Source: a virus
Reading direction: 5' to 3' (one strand)
Length of the DNA stretch: 64,000 nucleotides
IMG/VR virus record: IMGVR_UViG_3300044628_000090
The translations under genes were made by a program, and so were the position numbers. Within the stretch, counting starts at the first letter, position 1; each line of letters opens with the position of its first letter. This document shows, one piece after another, positions 40,101 to 51,100 of this stretch. Under the pieces are notes generated by a model. It was not told where the DNA came from. It ran no database searches and saw nothing but the letters and a program-made list of their open reading frames with translations.

Positions 40101-43100
40101 AGGTAAAGACCTTTAAGAATAATAAGAACATCAAAGCTATTGTTGTCACTCAGAAGCAAGAAGCTGCATTAGGACTAGCTGGTCTTGGTGAACTATCTTT
40201 TAGAGAAGGTAACTTTGATACAGATTTGTTAAATGATCCTATTGAAGGATTTATTGGTCTTGTGTTTGTAGAAGATAAGAAAGGAGAAAGACAATTTATA
40301 GATAAGAATGGTAATCCTATTGGTAAGGTGGGGGAGCAAGTAGAATTAAACAAGGTGGTATTTACAAGCATGCCTGCTGCTAAACTAACTAATAGTAAAG
40401 GTGAACCTAGAAATAGAGCTGGTCAAGAAGAACAAGCTGCATTAGAGTTAGCAGCATATGAAGTATATCGTAAAGACTTAAGAGAGGCTGCTGAAGAAGA
40501 GTATCCAATATTTAACTTTACTCCATCTAAAGGTATTGCTATTACAGATGATGTTAAGAAATCTGTAGGTGGTGTTCTTGTTCCTGAGAATCAGATTGCT
40601 ACACAACAAGTATTGACTGTTGTGACTAAAGGAGGTGTTGACCATGTAGATGGTATAACTTATAACTTTCCTAATGGCAGACCTGTATTCCAAAGCCAAG
40701 ATACATTAGAATATCTAAACAATTCTAACTTAACTAAAGACCAAGCAAGTGCAGTTTATAATGTACTCAAAGCTATGTCTAATGAAGCTAAGCAACAAAT
40801 TGTTGCTAAGAAGCCAGTTAAGTTTAATGAGATATATAAGAGATTTTTACAAGGTGTTACATTCTATACCAACGCAGATGCTGTAGCAAAAGGTGTGGGT
40901 GAAGGAAGTAGCAATCGTATTTATATAGAAGGATCTGTATTGCATATTGGAAGCAACACATATGACTTTGCTAATATAGAAAAGCAAGAGATCCCTATTG
41001 TAAGTGATTTACAAGGAGTGTTTCATAATGTAAATAGCTTCACAGTTAACTTAGGACTAGGTGAACCATTTGTAGAATTCTATGTAGACGCTGCTGGTAA
41101 GTTAGCACAAAGAAGCTGGAAGAACTATCAGTCTTATTTGTTAGCAAGTAAGAACCCTGATGGATCTGGACGTATAGCTCCTTTGACAACCACTGTGGCT
41201 AAACCTACAGAGGCTGTTCCTTATACACACAAACAAAAGTATATCATTCTAAATGGCTTAGAACTTCCAAAACAATCTGTAGCTAAACCTGCAGAACCTG
41301 GAGTGGAGACATATAAGTCTAATGTAGGTGATGTTACATATACAGTTACTACAGACAGTAAAGGTGACTTCACTGTAGATTTAGTTGGTGAGAATCCAAA
41401 CATCCAAAAGATTGTAGACAACCCACAATTAATGGCTGTTGCTACACAACAGTTGAAAGACTTAGGTAAGTTTGATGAGTTAGATCAACCTATTCAAACT
41501 GCTGCTAAGTTTGCTGCTGAGGTTATTACAGCTAAGTTATTAAGTGAAAGAAAAGCTGCAGCTCCTGTTGTTGAAGAAGAAGTCATTACTCCTGACCAAC
41601 CTAAGAACATCAACATTGGTGATGCTGAATATAGAAGAATTGGTAGAACAGATGTAGATAGAATAAGTGATGCTGAGCTTGCATTGTTTAAAGAATGGCA
41701 CGCTAAGAATGCTAAAACTATTCCTTACGAAGTGTTAGAGAATGTTATTAAGATTAATAACACAGAGAAAGCATGGGGAGCATTTGAGAATGGTGTAGCT
41801 AAGTTCTTTAAGGGAGCTCAGAGAGGTACAGAATATCATGAGATATTTGAAGGTATCTGGAAAGGATTCTTATCTCAAGGAGAACAACAATCTATCCTTG
41901 ATGAGTTCAAAGCTCAAACAGGTTCTTTCTTAGATAGAGAGTCTGGTAGAAGAATAGATTATGCAAACGCTACAGATCAACAAGCTAAGGAAAGAATAGC
42001 TGATGACTTTGCTGAGTTCAGACTTGGTAAGTTACCTGCTAGAAACCTTACAGAAAAGATCAAGAACTTCTTCAAAGCTATTGTGGATTTCTTCAAATCA
42101 TTTGTAAATAAACCTACATTGAAAGAAGACTTATTCAAAGCTATAGATACAGGTGAGTTTGCAGATAGAACACTTCCTGAAACTGTTAAGAATCAAGCTG
42201 CTGAGTATAGAAAGATTGAAGGTATAAATGCTAAACAAACTAATGAGTTTGTACAAGACATTACAGCTAGAGTGTTTGGTGAGATATTTGCTAACAACAG
42301 CTCTTTGTTTAATATAGAAGATATTACAGCTTTTGATTTATTTAATAGAATCAAGGAGAAATACATACAGAACAATGTTATAGGTGACAATCCTGTAACA
42401 CAAATCACTGAGAATCAATACGCTAAGTTAGTTGAAAGAACTAAAGAGTTCTTAAAGACATACAGAATTGAGTTTGATGAAGATAGTAGAGTTACAGTTA
42501 ATGATGATGGAGCTAATAGAAAAGACTATGCAGCTGAAGCGTTCACTGTTAATTTCAAGAAGTCTTCTCCATATGCTGTTAAGTTATTGATTGGTACTTT
42601 GATTAAGACAAAAGGTTTGAATCAAGAAGCAAGTGCAGTACTTAAACGTCCTGAAGCTGATACATCTAGTATTGGTGGACTTAAGCTATTGCCTTTCAAT
42701 CAAGCGTTCACAACTTTGATGAATAGACTTTCTAACACAAGAAGTATCCCTGAGTTTGTATCTAAGCTACATGAATTAGCTAAACAAAACAGTGACTACG
42801 TTAGATTGTTTGAGCGTTTAGGTGGTAACCTAACCACTGGTCAGATTGACTTTGCTAGCTACCAACCACATGACATTAGATTGTTTACTAACTTCTATCA
42901 GGTGTTTACAAAACAAAGACCTGATGCGTTGGCTATGTTCATGGATGGTAATAACGTATACACTGCTCCTGCTAACCAAGCTTCTGCTATTGCTGGGATA
43001 AGATCTGAGTGGATAGAGAACATGAAGACTAAGGCTGAACAGCCTGGTTCTATCATTAGCTATAATGGAAGAGTATACAAAGTTAAGAAAGAAGATTATA

Positions 43101-46100
43101 ACATTAAATTTCCTGAAGACAAGGTAGCGTTCTTAGGAGAGTTGGGTATAGAATTCCCAATGGCTGTATACAATAAGGTTAAGAACAAGAAAGCTTTCTC
43201 TGACGCTGTAAGTGGTATTAAGTTAGGTCTTAGTAAGACAGATGAGTTGATGAGCTTTGGTGGTAGAAAGCTTGGTATTCGTACACAGTTAAATGAGTTA
43301 GCTAAGTTATATACAGTAGCTGCTTCTCCTGCAGAAGACAGCACATACTTTGGTGTAGATGGTAATAGAATACAATCTGACACAGATGCAAACTATCCTT
43401 CTTTATTAGAATACGTATTTAACTCTTCTGATACGTTAGAAGAATTGAAGCAAAACATGCCTCAATTAAATGATGTATTCTCTACAAACAGCCAAGTCTT
43501 AAAGTTAGGTGGTAAGTTCTTTGATGAAGAAGGTAATAGAATTGCTGAAATCAAGTTACAATACATACAAGGAGTTAAGGATATTGTAAACAATGATGGT
43601 CAAACAACATCTTCTCTAAGCATAGGTGATAGGTACATTACAGAAATGAACCAAAACTTAGATGGTAGATATTATGTATTAATCCCTGCAGATAGTTCTA
43701 GAGAGTGGATGATGGACTTAGGTAATACAATTGCCTACACAGATGTAGCTGCTGGAAATGTAGATACATTGTTCACAGATGTATTCTTAGGCTATTTAAA
43801 AGATGAGATTAAGTTAGCTCAAGACAGCACTAACAGAACTAAGCTTAGAAATGTAGGAGATAAAGCTACAGAACTTAGATTCTTAAAGGATATGCTTCCT
43901 GCTAACTTGTTAAAGGAGATAAATACTCTTATTGAGAAGAGAGCATCAGAAGCAGAGATTAATGATTTCATTTCTAAGAATCGTGAGGATAAAGACGAAC
44001 AACCTGGTTTAGATTCAAGTATTTTAGAGTCATTAGATAACACTGTAACTAAGACTAGACAAAACTTAGTAGAAACACAAAAGGTTATTGCTAGTAAAGA
44101 AGCAGGTAGTTTCTTAATGCCTGAAATAGAGAACAGATTTACTGAAAAAGCTGGCTTAAATAAGTTTGCCTTGACAGATCAAGACGTTAATAATGTTATC
44201 AAGTTTGCTAATGCTAACTACATGATTAACAACGTGGAGTTCCATAAGATTTTGTTTGGTGATCCATATCAGTTTGAGATTAAGGGCAATCAATTAGATG
44301 AGACTAAGCGTATTAAGTCTTTCTTATCTCCAAGAAGAATCACTGTAAACTCTGATGAGTTTAACAACTTATTCAATAAACAATATAATACTGTAGCTGG
44401 TGTTGAGTTAACTCCTAATGACTATGGATATCATGAGCATAAAAACTTTGCTAAGACATTCACAGCTGCTGACGTAAATGTAACAGATAGTTTCTACCCT
44501 AAATCAAATGAAGCAGATGCTGCTTCTTGGATTATGGATGGTGCGTTTAAAGAAGTGAAGTTAAAGAATGGTCAATGGTCTGATGAGGCTGAAGCATGGC
44601 ATCAGTGGCAAATGGCTTACACAAGACAGAACGTTCCTGGCTACACTTACAGAAGTGAAGCATTGCGTAAACATGATGAAGCGTTAGTAGAACAACCTGA
44701 ACCTTTATATGTTACAGATGTATTGAAACCTATTGTATCTGGTAACAAGTTTGGTAAAGCAAACTTTGATCTAGTACTAGATAAGTTTTCTCAAATGCCT
44801 TTATACTATAAAGCTATAAAAGGAACTAACCTTGGCAAATTCTATGAGAAGATGTTCAAGGAAGGATATGACTATGCTGTAGTAGTTTCTGGTAGAAAGG
44901 TGGGAGCTGAGAAGTTACATAAATTATACAATGAAGATGGTAGCTTTAATGAAGAACCATTTAATAATACAATCAATGTTGGCTGGGATAGTTATGGTAT
45001 CCAAGTAGAAAATAGCTATGACAAAGACAGCAAACAAACTCTTGGTTCTCAGTTAACTAAGTTGTCTACTGTTGACTTATATAATAATGGTAAGGCTAAT
45101 AATGAAGCTGCTAGAAAGGCAGTAGAAAAGAATACAGAAGTATTAAAAGAGATGTTACTTAATGGATATCAAGAGTTATTAAGAAAGCTTGGTATTGAAG
45201 ACCTAGGTGACAATTTTGTTGTTAAAGATAAAACTGTTGTAGCTGATACATTGAGACAAGAGATGCTTAAGAGAGAAATGTCTGAGAATGGTATTGATAG
45301 TATATCTATTGATCCAGAAACTGGAGAGTTTTATATGCCATTCGAAGCATCTACAAACTACATTCAAATCAAGAACATCTTGTATTCAATTGTAAATAAG
45401 TCTATTGTATCTCCTAAGGTGAATGGTTTCCCTGCTGTACAGGTTCCTGTAACAATGTGGGAGAAAGCTGGTGAGTCTAGAGGAGAAGGATTAAAAAAGT
45501 CTGCTCTTAAGTTCTACACTAAAGAAGATCCATACATGGAAGTATATCTTCCTGCATGGTTCAAGAAACAATTACCTAAAGGTAAGACTGATGAAGAACT
45601 GATTAAGTTATTAGAAGGATCAGAGATATTAAAGGGTATAGGATTTCGTATTCCAACACAGGGTTTAAACTCTGCAGAGGTATTTAGAATCAAAGGTTTC
45701 CTACCTGAGTTTATGGGTAAGACAATTGTGGTTCCTTCTGAGATCACCACAAAAGCTGGATCTGACTTTGACATAGATAAATTAAATCTATACTTAAAGA
45801 ACATATATGTAACTCCTTCTGGAGAGATTAAGTCTGTACCATTCTTTGGATATGGAGATCAAGCTAAAGAGGCTATCAAGAAGTTTATTCTTGAAGAAGA
45901 CATCAAAGCAATGTTAGATATCAATAGTGAAATCTCTGGAAGCAGAGTTGATGACTATGGTACATTAGCAGATAAGCTATACAAGCAATCGCTTGAGAAT
46001 GAATACTTTAGATCTATCGAAGCATTGTTAACTCTAGAAGAGAACTTTGATAGATTGACTTCTCCTAATACAGACAAGACTCTTAAAGATATTGCTAATG

Positions 46101-48169
46101 ATTTAGATATATTAAGAGGGGAGAATGAAGGTGGTATCAAGAACAGATTGTTAGATAGAAACTACATGACTAATCAAAGACATGCGTTCTTGACTGGTAA
46201 GAGATGGATTGGTATTGCTGCTGTAAACATTACAGGTAATTCCCTTGCACAGAAGACAGACGTGTTTGTAGAGAATCCACAAACAGAAATGGCTTTACAA
46301 CATAATAAGTTTACTGATGGTGGCTTTGAGCATATATCACTTTCTGGTATGTTAGATCAAGCTGGTAAATATATCTCTGATAAGTTATCAATGTATGCGA
46401 ATGCTTTCGTAGATATTGCTAATGACCCATACATCATGAAGATTATTTACAGCAATAGAGTTGTAGGTACATTTGTGTTGTTAGAGCGTGCAGGTGTTCC
46501 TATGAAGACAGTGACTATGTTTATGAATCAGCCTATTGTAAGAGAACATATCAAAAACTTAGATGCTAATGGTGCTCCTAGATATGCAATAAGCAATGCT
46601 GATTATATTAAACAGGCTAAGATAAACTTCCCTGCAAATCCAAAAGCTATCCAAGCAGCTACAGTTGCTGAAGGTAACTTTGAAGATAACATATCTTCTT
46701 ATGCTAAGAATACAATGACTGAAGCTCAGAATGCTGAACAACACAAGATACTGAATGAGTTCTTATCTTATGTTACCCTAGCTGATGAGAACTTCAACTT
46801 CACACAGGCTATCAATTATGATACCACTACGTTTAGAAATGCTGATGACTTCTATAGAAAAGAAATGATGACTGATCGTGCACAAACTAAAGGTGCTATT
46901 AGTTCTCCAGAGAAGGTTTTAGAAAGCTCATTCTTAGGTACAGAAAAAACTGTGTTAGATCAATCTAATACAGCGTTGGGTGCTATCCTTAAGTTTAACC
47001 AATCTGAATTCAGAGGAGTGCTTGAGAATACTATTCAACAATATGCTGAGAAGTTTTACATGGCTAAGGATACATTTAATAGAGTGGCTGAAAAAGCTAC
47101 AGCAAGCCTACTTGATTATATTATTCAAACAGGTAGAAAGAACGCATTGAATATCAGTGAGTTATCTTTTGGTCCAGAGTCTGTAGCAGTGAAGTTAGAA
47201 GAAGCTAAACAAAAATATCCTAATGTACAAATACTACAAGACTTAGTTGTAGTGTCTGCAGAAAGACCAAACAGTCCTAAGACTATTAAGCTTAAAGCTA
47301 ATGTAAAAGAAGCTTATGACGAGAACATGTATATTGGTATGATGAGAGAGTTAAGAGACAATCCAGATACTAACCAACTATATAAAGATCTTATCAAAGT
47401 AGCTATCATACAAGGTACATATCAATCTGCTGTGTCTATCAAGAATATTATTCCTATTGAAGACTATTCTGCAGAGGTAAAGAATATTGTAAACACAGCT
47501 GTGGTAGATACAAACATTCAAGAGTTTGCTAACAACAATTGGTTCCAAAGAAACAATTGGAAGAATCCAGATGTCACTCCTGCTATTGCTCCTTATATTG
47601 ATGAAGAGTCTGTAACAGAGATTGGTGAATTCAAGAATCAAATAGTTTCTCAATACAAGTTTTCAGGATTTGTAGAAATCCCAGAGATTGGAATTGGTGA
47701 AAATGATAAACTTGTACTATCTGTAGGAGAAAAATCTAAAGCTGCTGGCTATGATATGATAACTATCCCACGCATTATTACTACTAAGTATGGTGAGATG
47801 ATTGACTTCATGACTGGCAAGACTATTACAAGAGCAGGCTATGCAGAATTAAAAACTAAGGGTGATCCTATTATTGGACAAATGTTTGGTTATCAGAAAG
47901 TTAAGTTTGTAAGTGGTGAAGCATTAAGAACATATAAAGGAAAGTTTGTATTTAAGATGGTAAACTTATATGGAGATGGACAATTCACTTCTGAATATTA
48001 TAAATTCAACAAACCTTCTGAGCTAGATAATAATACAGGCAAGGTGAACAATGAAATCCCTAATTCAGAAATCATAAAATACTTTACAGGTATTGTTGAA
48101 AATGAATTAAATTCGCAACCTGAAACAGAAACAGATCTAAGTACTAAAGACTTTAAATGTAAATTCTAA
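37175..48169 (+). CDS. giant 3664-aa protein with beta-prime-like RNA polymerase catalytic segment (virion RNAP candidate)
   Basis: Residues ~2824-2868, 'FRIPTQGLNSAEVFRIKGFLPEFMGKTIVVPSEITTKAGSDFDIDK', align motif-for-motif with the multisubunit RNAP beta-prime active site 'NRAPTLHRLGIQAFEP...HPLVCAAYNADFDGDQM' (RxPT ... F ... G ... P ... aDFDxD). The ORF is uninterrupted with coherent codon usage. Confidence 0.5.
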   Translation: MPDKIVNLGGTIEGFPNTPVVNTDIRQSKGPTPSITDLYTQGLSTVKPAGVKAVPTSNIYIGERYAAVRPGEDLEEMYGQQQSSADKWKNGAIKFFGTATASLVSGTAGLVYGVGSAIKDGKFSSLYNNDLTRKMDETFIQGLDNTAPNYYTTKERDSDWWSPDNIWTANFFSDKLMKNLGYTVGALAGGVGWAKLLKTLGTTNALVRGGYGLEAVTAAENAMQAVPKVNQFAAFDGAVNSVAQKYLKTPLAKILSDPERIVASTMGTFGEASLEALQNANEFRKGAIEQYVRKYGKNPTGADLEEIDDYVSSVGNFTWGMNTLLLTGTNYIQLPKILGSSNRADKMLLNQIEKKGQGAAFTEVMPATKFGKVLQRSKDVSKLFFAPSEAFEEGAQFAIQVGTNDYFNRAFRNRQGTQDFLTALNGTMGNVLGKGVEETISTKEGLESILIGGLSGGIQRARNTIQQQGILGTGGLRRANTDIALGALNQSNIETVLGDYARYIGIGIGSQKARQQAIVNNDKVSEKDFENDFTLSYIMPRVKYGKVDSIGEELSYYSQQSSTEEGFQQLVANGIVNAGESREDFLARITNVARITKNINDLYDSLGRKYSNQPGYTSEILDKMVYSLAKVGSYDVRIPEVNNLLFIAGVNTQDILQSVIKENKPNKEAVEESLKQINEMDVTSETKDDLKTALSDIIELGLRRKMFIDEYDAIKANPTEFQFKPDVEFGATEEVPVTVTEEEEQKVTPEGQIELFPTKKERKLEVGREYFLKQPVRKEDNTLTLAPKIKVLSQTLGGEFEVQLPRGNVSFLTPEDFAKLDLADEGAASPELRDIMEAAIDNVLSTSEFAGVTLPEGEDKLASLNSLNNAQLVDAVETEFNALSETYLKEQADLQANREKMNAVADKIKSAQTDIAATSGVVPTGNNDEDLMNTPSSKETPKKDAGILFTSSTSASVDWEKVLAPNVTRYNEFINKVKTFKNNKNIKAIVVTQKQEAALGLAGLGELSFREGNFDTDLLNDPIEGFIGLVFVEDKKGERQFIDKNGNPIGKVGEQVELNKVVFTSMPAAKLTNSKGEPRNRAGQEEQAALELAAYEVYRKDLREAAEEEYPIFNFTPSKGIAITDDVKKSVGGVLVPENQIATQQVLTVVTKGGVDHVDGITYNFPNGRPVFQSQDTLEYLNNSNLTKDQASAVYNVLKAMSNEAKQQIVAKKPVKFNEIYKRFLQGVTFYTNADAVAKGVGEGSSNRIYIEGSVLHIGSNTYDFANIEKQEIPIVSDLQGVFHNVNSFTVNLGLGEPFVEFYVDAAGKLAQRSWKNYQSYLLASKNPDGSGRIAPLTTTVAKPTEAVPYTHKQKYIILNGLELPKQSVAKPAEPGVETYKSNVGDVTYTVTTDSKGDFTVDLVGENPNIQKIVDNPQLMAVATQQLKDLGKFDELDQPIQTAAKFAAEVITAKLLSERKAAAPVVEEEVITPDQPKNINIGDAEYRRIGRTDVDRISDAELALFKEWHAKNAKTIPYEVLENVIKINNTEKAWGAFENGVAKFFKGAQRGTEYHEIFEGIWKGFLSQGEQQSILDEFKAQTGSFLDRESGRRIDYANATDQQAKERIADDFAEFRLGKLPARNLTEKIKNFFKAIVDFFKSFVNKPTLKEDLFKAIDTGEFADRTLPETVKNQAAEYRKIEGINAKQTNEFVQDITARVFGEIFANNSSLFNIEDITAFDLFNRIKEKYIQNNVIGDNPVTQITENQYAKLVERTKEFLKTYRIEFDEDSRVTVNDDGANRKDYAAEAFTVNFKKSSPYAVKLLIGTLIKTKGLNQEASAVLKRPEADTSSIGGLKLLPFNQAFTTLMNRLSNTRSIPEFVSKLHELAKQNSDYVRLFERLGGNLTTGQIDFASYQPHDIRLFTNFYQVFTKQRPDALAMFMDGNNVYTAPANQASAIAGIRSEWIENMKTKAEQPGSIISYNGRVYKVKKEDYNIKFPEDKVAFLGELGIEFPMAVYNKVKNKKAFSDAVSGIKLGLSKTDELMSFGGRKLGIRTQLNELAKLYTVAASPAEDSTYFGVDGNRIQSDTDANYPSLLEYVFNSSDTLEELKQNMPQLNDVFSTNSQVLKLGGKFFDEEGNRIAEIKLQYIQGVKDIVNNDGQTTSSLSIGDRYITEMNQNLDGRYYVLIPADSSREWMMDLGNTIAYTDVAAGNVDTLFTDVFLGYLKDEIKLAQDSTNRTKLRNVGDKATELRFLKDMLPANLLKEINTLIEKRASEAEINDFISKNREDKDEQPGLDSSILESLDNTVTKTRQNLVETQKVIASKEAGSFLMPEIENRFTEKAGLNKFALTDQDVNNVIKFANANYMINNVEFHKILFGDPYQFEIKGNQLDETKRIKSFLSPRRITVNSDEFNNLFNKQYNTVAGVELTPNDYGYHEHKNFAKTFTAADVNVTDSFYPKSNEADAASWIMDGAFKEVKLKNGQWSDEAEAWHQWQMAYTRQNVPGYTYRSEALRKHDEALVEQPEPLYVTDVLKPIVSGNKFGKANFDLVLDKFSQMPLYYKAIKGTNLGKFYEKMFKEGYDYAVVVSGRKVGAEKLHKLYNEDGSFNEEPFNNTINVGWDSYGIQVENSYDKDSKQTLGSQLTKLSTVDLYNNGKANNEAARKAVEKNTEVLKEMLLNGYQELLRKLGIEDLGDNFVVKDKTVVADTLRQEMLKREMSENGIDSISIDPETGEFYMPFEASTNYIQIKNILYSIVNKSIVSPKVNGFPAVQVPVTMWEKAGESRGEGLKKSALKFYTKEDPYMEVYLPAWFKKQLPKGKTDEELIKLLEGSEILKGIGFRIPTQGLNSAEVFRIKGFLPEFMGKTIVVPSEITTKAGSDFDIDKLNLYLKNIYVTPSGEIKSVPFFGYGDQAKEAIKKFILEEDIKAMLDINSEISGSRVDDYGTLADKLYKQSLENEYFRSIEALLTLEENFDRLTSPNTDKTLKDIANDLDILRGENEGGIKNRLLDRNYMTNQRHAFLTGKRWIGIAAVNITGNSLAQKTDVFVENPQTEMALQHNKFTDGGFEHISLSGMLDQAGKYISDKLSMYANAFVDIANDPYIMKIIYSNRVVGTFVLLERAGVPMKTVTMFMNQPIVREHIKNLDANGAPRYAISNADYIKQAKINFPANPKAIQAATVAEGNFEDNISSYAKNTMTEAQNAEQHKILNEFLSYVTLADENFNFTQAINYDTTTFRNADDFYRKEMMTDRAQTKGAISSPEKVLESSFLGTEKTVLDQSNTALGAILKFNQSEFRGVLENTIQQYAEKFYMAKDTFNRVAEKATASLLDYIIQTGRKNALNISELSFGPESVAVKLEEAKQKYPNVQILQDLVVVSAERPNSPKTIKLKANVKEAYDENMYIGMMRELRDNPDTNQLYKDLIKVAIIQGTYQSAVSIKNIIPIEDYSAEVKNIVNTAVVDTNIQEFANNNWFQRNNWKNPDVTPAIAPYIDEESVTEIGEFKNQIVSQYKFSGFVEIPEIGIGENDKLVLSVGEKSKAAGYDMITIPRIITTKYGEMIDFMTGKTITRAGYAELKTKGDPIIGQMFGYQKVKFVSGEALRTYKGKFVFKMVNLYGDGQFTSEYYKFNKPSELDNNTGKVNNEIPNSEIIKYFTGIVENELNSQPETETDLSTKDFKCKF

Positions 48170-51100
48170 TGAGTTGTCAAACAGGTATAAAAACTGCAGT
48201 TGAGAAATATGTACAGAACAAGCCTTACTTGAACTTTGATGGTAAGGACTTTATAGAAGTGAGGACATCTCCTAGAGAGAAAGTTAATCCTGAAAACTAC
48301 TATGGAGTATCACGTTCTGTGGCAGACACTCTTAACAAAGCAATCAATTCTGAAATTGCCCTAGGGAAAGTATTCTATCCCAAAGCATATTCAGATAAGA
48401 TAGGAGTTATTATTGCTCCTACAGTGAAGCAGTTGGATGCTTTGAATGCAAAAGATGCAGCTGAGCTTGACCAAGCTTTGGCTGAATTAGATCTTGAGAT
48501 ACCTGAGGCTAATAGACTAGATCTTGAGAATGACACTACGTTTGGTGTCAACTCTGATGGAGATAGTATTTTATTACAAACAGGAGAGATACCTGCTTCT
48601 AAAGCAGCCCCTCAAACTGTAAGTCTTGTTAAAGATCTTTTAAATAGAATAGGTGTAGATATTAAAACACTACAAGCCATAGAGATAGATGGTATTAAGC
48701 AAGATGTAAATGGTGTTGCTGACATCATGCAAAAGCTTGTAAAGGTAACTCAAGGTAAAGAAGATGTAGCTCTTACAGAAGAAGCTATGCACTTTGTTGT
48801 AGAAATACTAGAGCAAAAGAACCCTCAGTTATTTAATAGGTTGCTAGGAGAAATCAATAGCTACAAAATGTACTCTGATGTCCTAGCTACATATGGTAAG
48901 TATAAACAATATCAAACTGCTGATGGCAAACCTAACATCAGAAAGTTAAAAGTGGAGGCTATTGGTAAAGTTTTAGCTGAGACTATTATTAAAAAGAATG
49001 AAGGTTCTACAGAGAAGCCTGAGCTATTAGCTAAGGTGGAAGGTTGGTGGAACCAAATAGTTGACTTTATTAAAGGATTATTTGTTAAGTCTGGGTTTGA
49101 TCAAGCAGCTATGATGGTATTAGGTGGTGAAGAAATTGGAACTGTAGATGATATTAGAAATGCTGAAGGTGTGTATTTCCAACAAAACATCAATTCTCAA
49201 CAGGCTATAATTGATAAGCTAAGATTTACTAGTGATCAGATTACAAAAGATGACACTGGTTATTTAATCAATGGTAATAGAATCAAGAGAAGAGTTACTG
49301 ACTTTGTTAAGGATTGGTATAGCACAAGATTTTCTAACAAAGACTTAACTAAGTCTGAGTATGATCAAGCTGTAGATGATCTTAAGAAAGAAAAAGGTAC
49401 AGCAGGACATGCTGATATTGAACACATGCTTAAAAACTATTTTTTAAATGAAGATGGTACATTAAGACCTGAGAATGAAAGACCTGATGATAATGGATAT
49501 GTATCTCAGTTAAATCCTAAGAACAAAGACTTGTACACTATATTAAAGAAAAACATGGCTGCTCGTTTGGAACAATTTAACAAAACAGCTCCTGGTACTA
49601 AGTTTCTTGCTGAGATGACTGTATATGATGCATCACGTGATGTAGCTGGTACTATAGACTTTATTGCTGTTACTCCTGAAGGAAAGGTGAGCATCTTAGA
49701 CTGGAAGTTTATGGACCTTAATGTTCAAAGATATAAAGATGTTCCTTGGTATAAGGTTAGTGGTTGGAGACAACAAATGAAACAATACAAGTCTATTATA
49801 GAAAAGGGATATGGTGTTAAGCCAGAGGACTTTGAACAGACAAGAATGATTCCTATCAGAGCAATCTATTCTGGAGCTATTCCTAAAGAAGGTGTGCTAC
49901 CACAGTTAACAGGTGTTCAGATAGGAAATGTAGATTTAAAGAAAGAAGAACTGGCATATTTATTACCTGTAGGATTAGAAACTGAGAAGACTGGTATTAA
50001 GAAGGTGGATACTTTGATTGAGAAGTTGAATAAGATATATGATACTATATCTTCTAAGAAAGCTACTCCTGAAGAGAAAAGAAATAAGGCTGAGTTGTTA
50101 AACTCATTGTATGAGTCTATTAGACAATTACAAATCAGACAGAACGTTGAGCCTCTTGTTAGACAAGCTAAGTTATTAAATGCTGATGTTCAAAGAGTTA
50201 TAGATACATATAACAATGAGTGGAAAGGTAAGGATGCTGGATCATTCACAGACAAACAAAAGAGTGAACTATCTGACAGAATCCTATCTTATGAAACCTC
50301 TCTAATGGTTTATACATCTTTGGCAACAGACTTAAAGAGTGTGTTTAAAAAAGACATGTCTGAGAAAGATCAAGCACTGTGGCAAGATATCAGAGACACT
50401 GCAGAAAGTGCAAATGAACTTGAAGCAGATCTTGAAGAAGTGAGAAAAGACTTTGCTGAGAACGTTATCGCTAAGGATGCAAACGTTATGGACTATTTAA
50501 AACCTGAGAAGGTTATTAAAGGGTTTAGTAAGTTGTTTAACTCTACGTCTGTAATACAGCTTAAGTCTACTGAGATTTTATATAAGATGGCTAACAGAGC
50601 CTTTGGTCTTGCGTCTATTGAAACGTCAGAACAAGGAAACAAACTTTTAGCTATTAAAGAGAAGTATGATAAGTGGGCTAAGTCTAAAGGACTTACAAAC
50701 AAAAACTACTTTGACATCATCAAGAAGAAGGGCAAGAATGAGTTGATAGATGAATATAGTCCTGAGTTCTACAAAACTTTAAAGAGTAAGATTGCTGAGA
50801 AAGATACACAATGGGTTAGAGATAACATAGACGTGTCTGCTTACAATGAATTCTTAAAAGAACAAAAGGAAAAAGAACTTAAGAGAATAGAAGATAAGAC
50901 TAGATTTGGTGATGAAGAGACTATAAAGAAAGATAAGAAAAGAGAGATTGCTGAAACAAATGCTTTGTATAATACATCAACATCTGATTCTCCTGGTTGG
51001 TTATTGTATGATCTTACTAAGAAGTTTCCTAAGAAAGAAAATTGGCAGTCTGAAGCATGGAAAGAACTTAACAAAGCAGAGAACAAACCTGCCAAAGAAT

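Noticed and set aside
37394-47653. Multiple 60-150-aa minus-strand ORFs within the 3664-aa gene
   Set aside because: Shadow ORFs. The + strand frame is uninterrupted for 11 kb with uniform codon usage.
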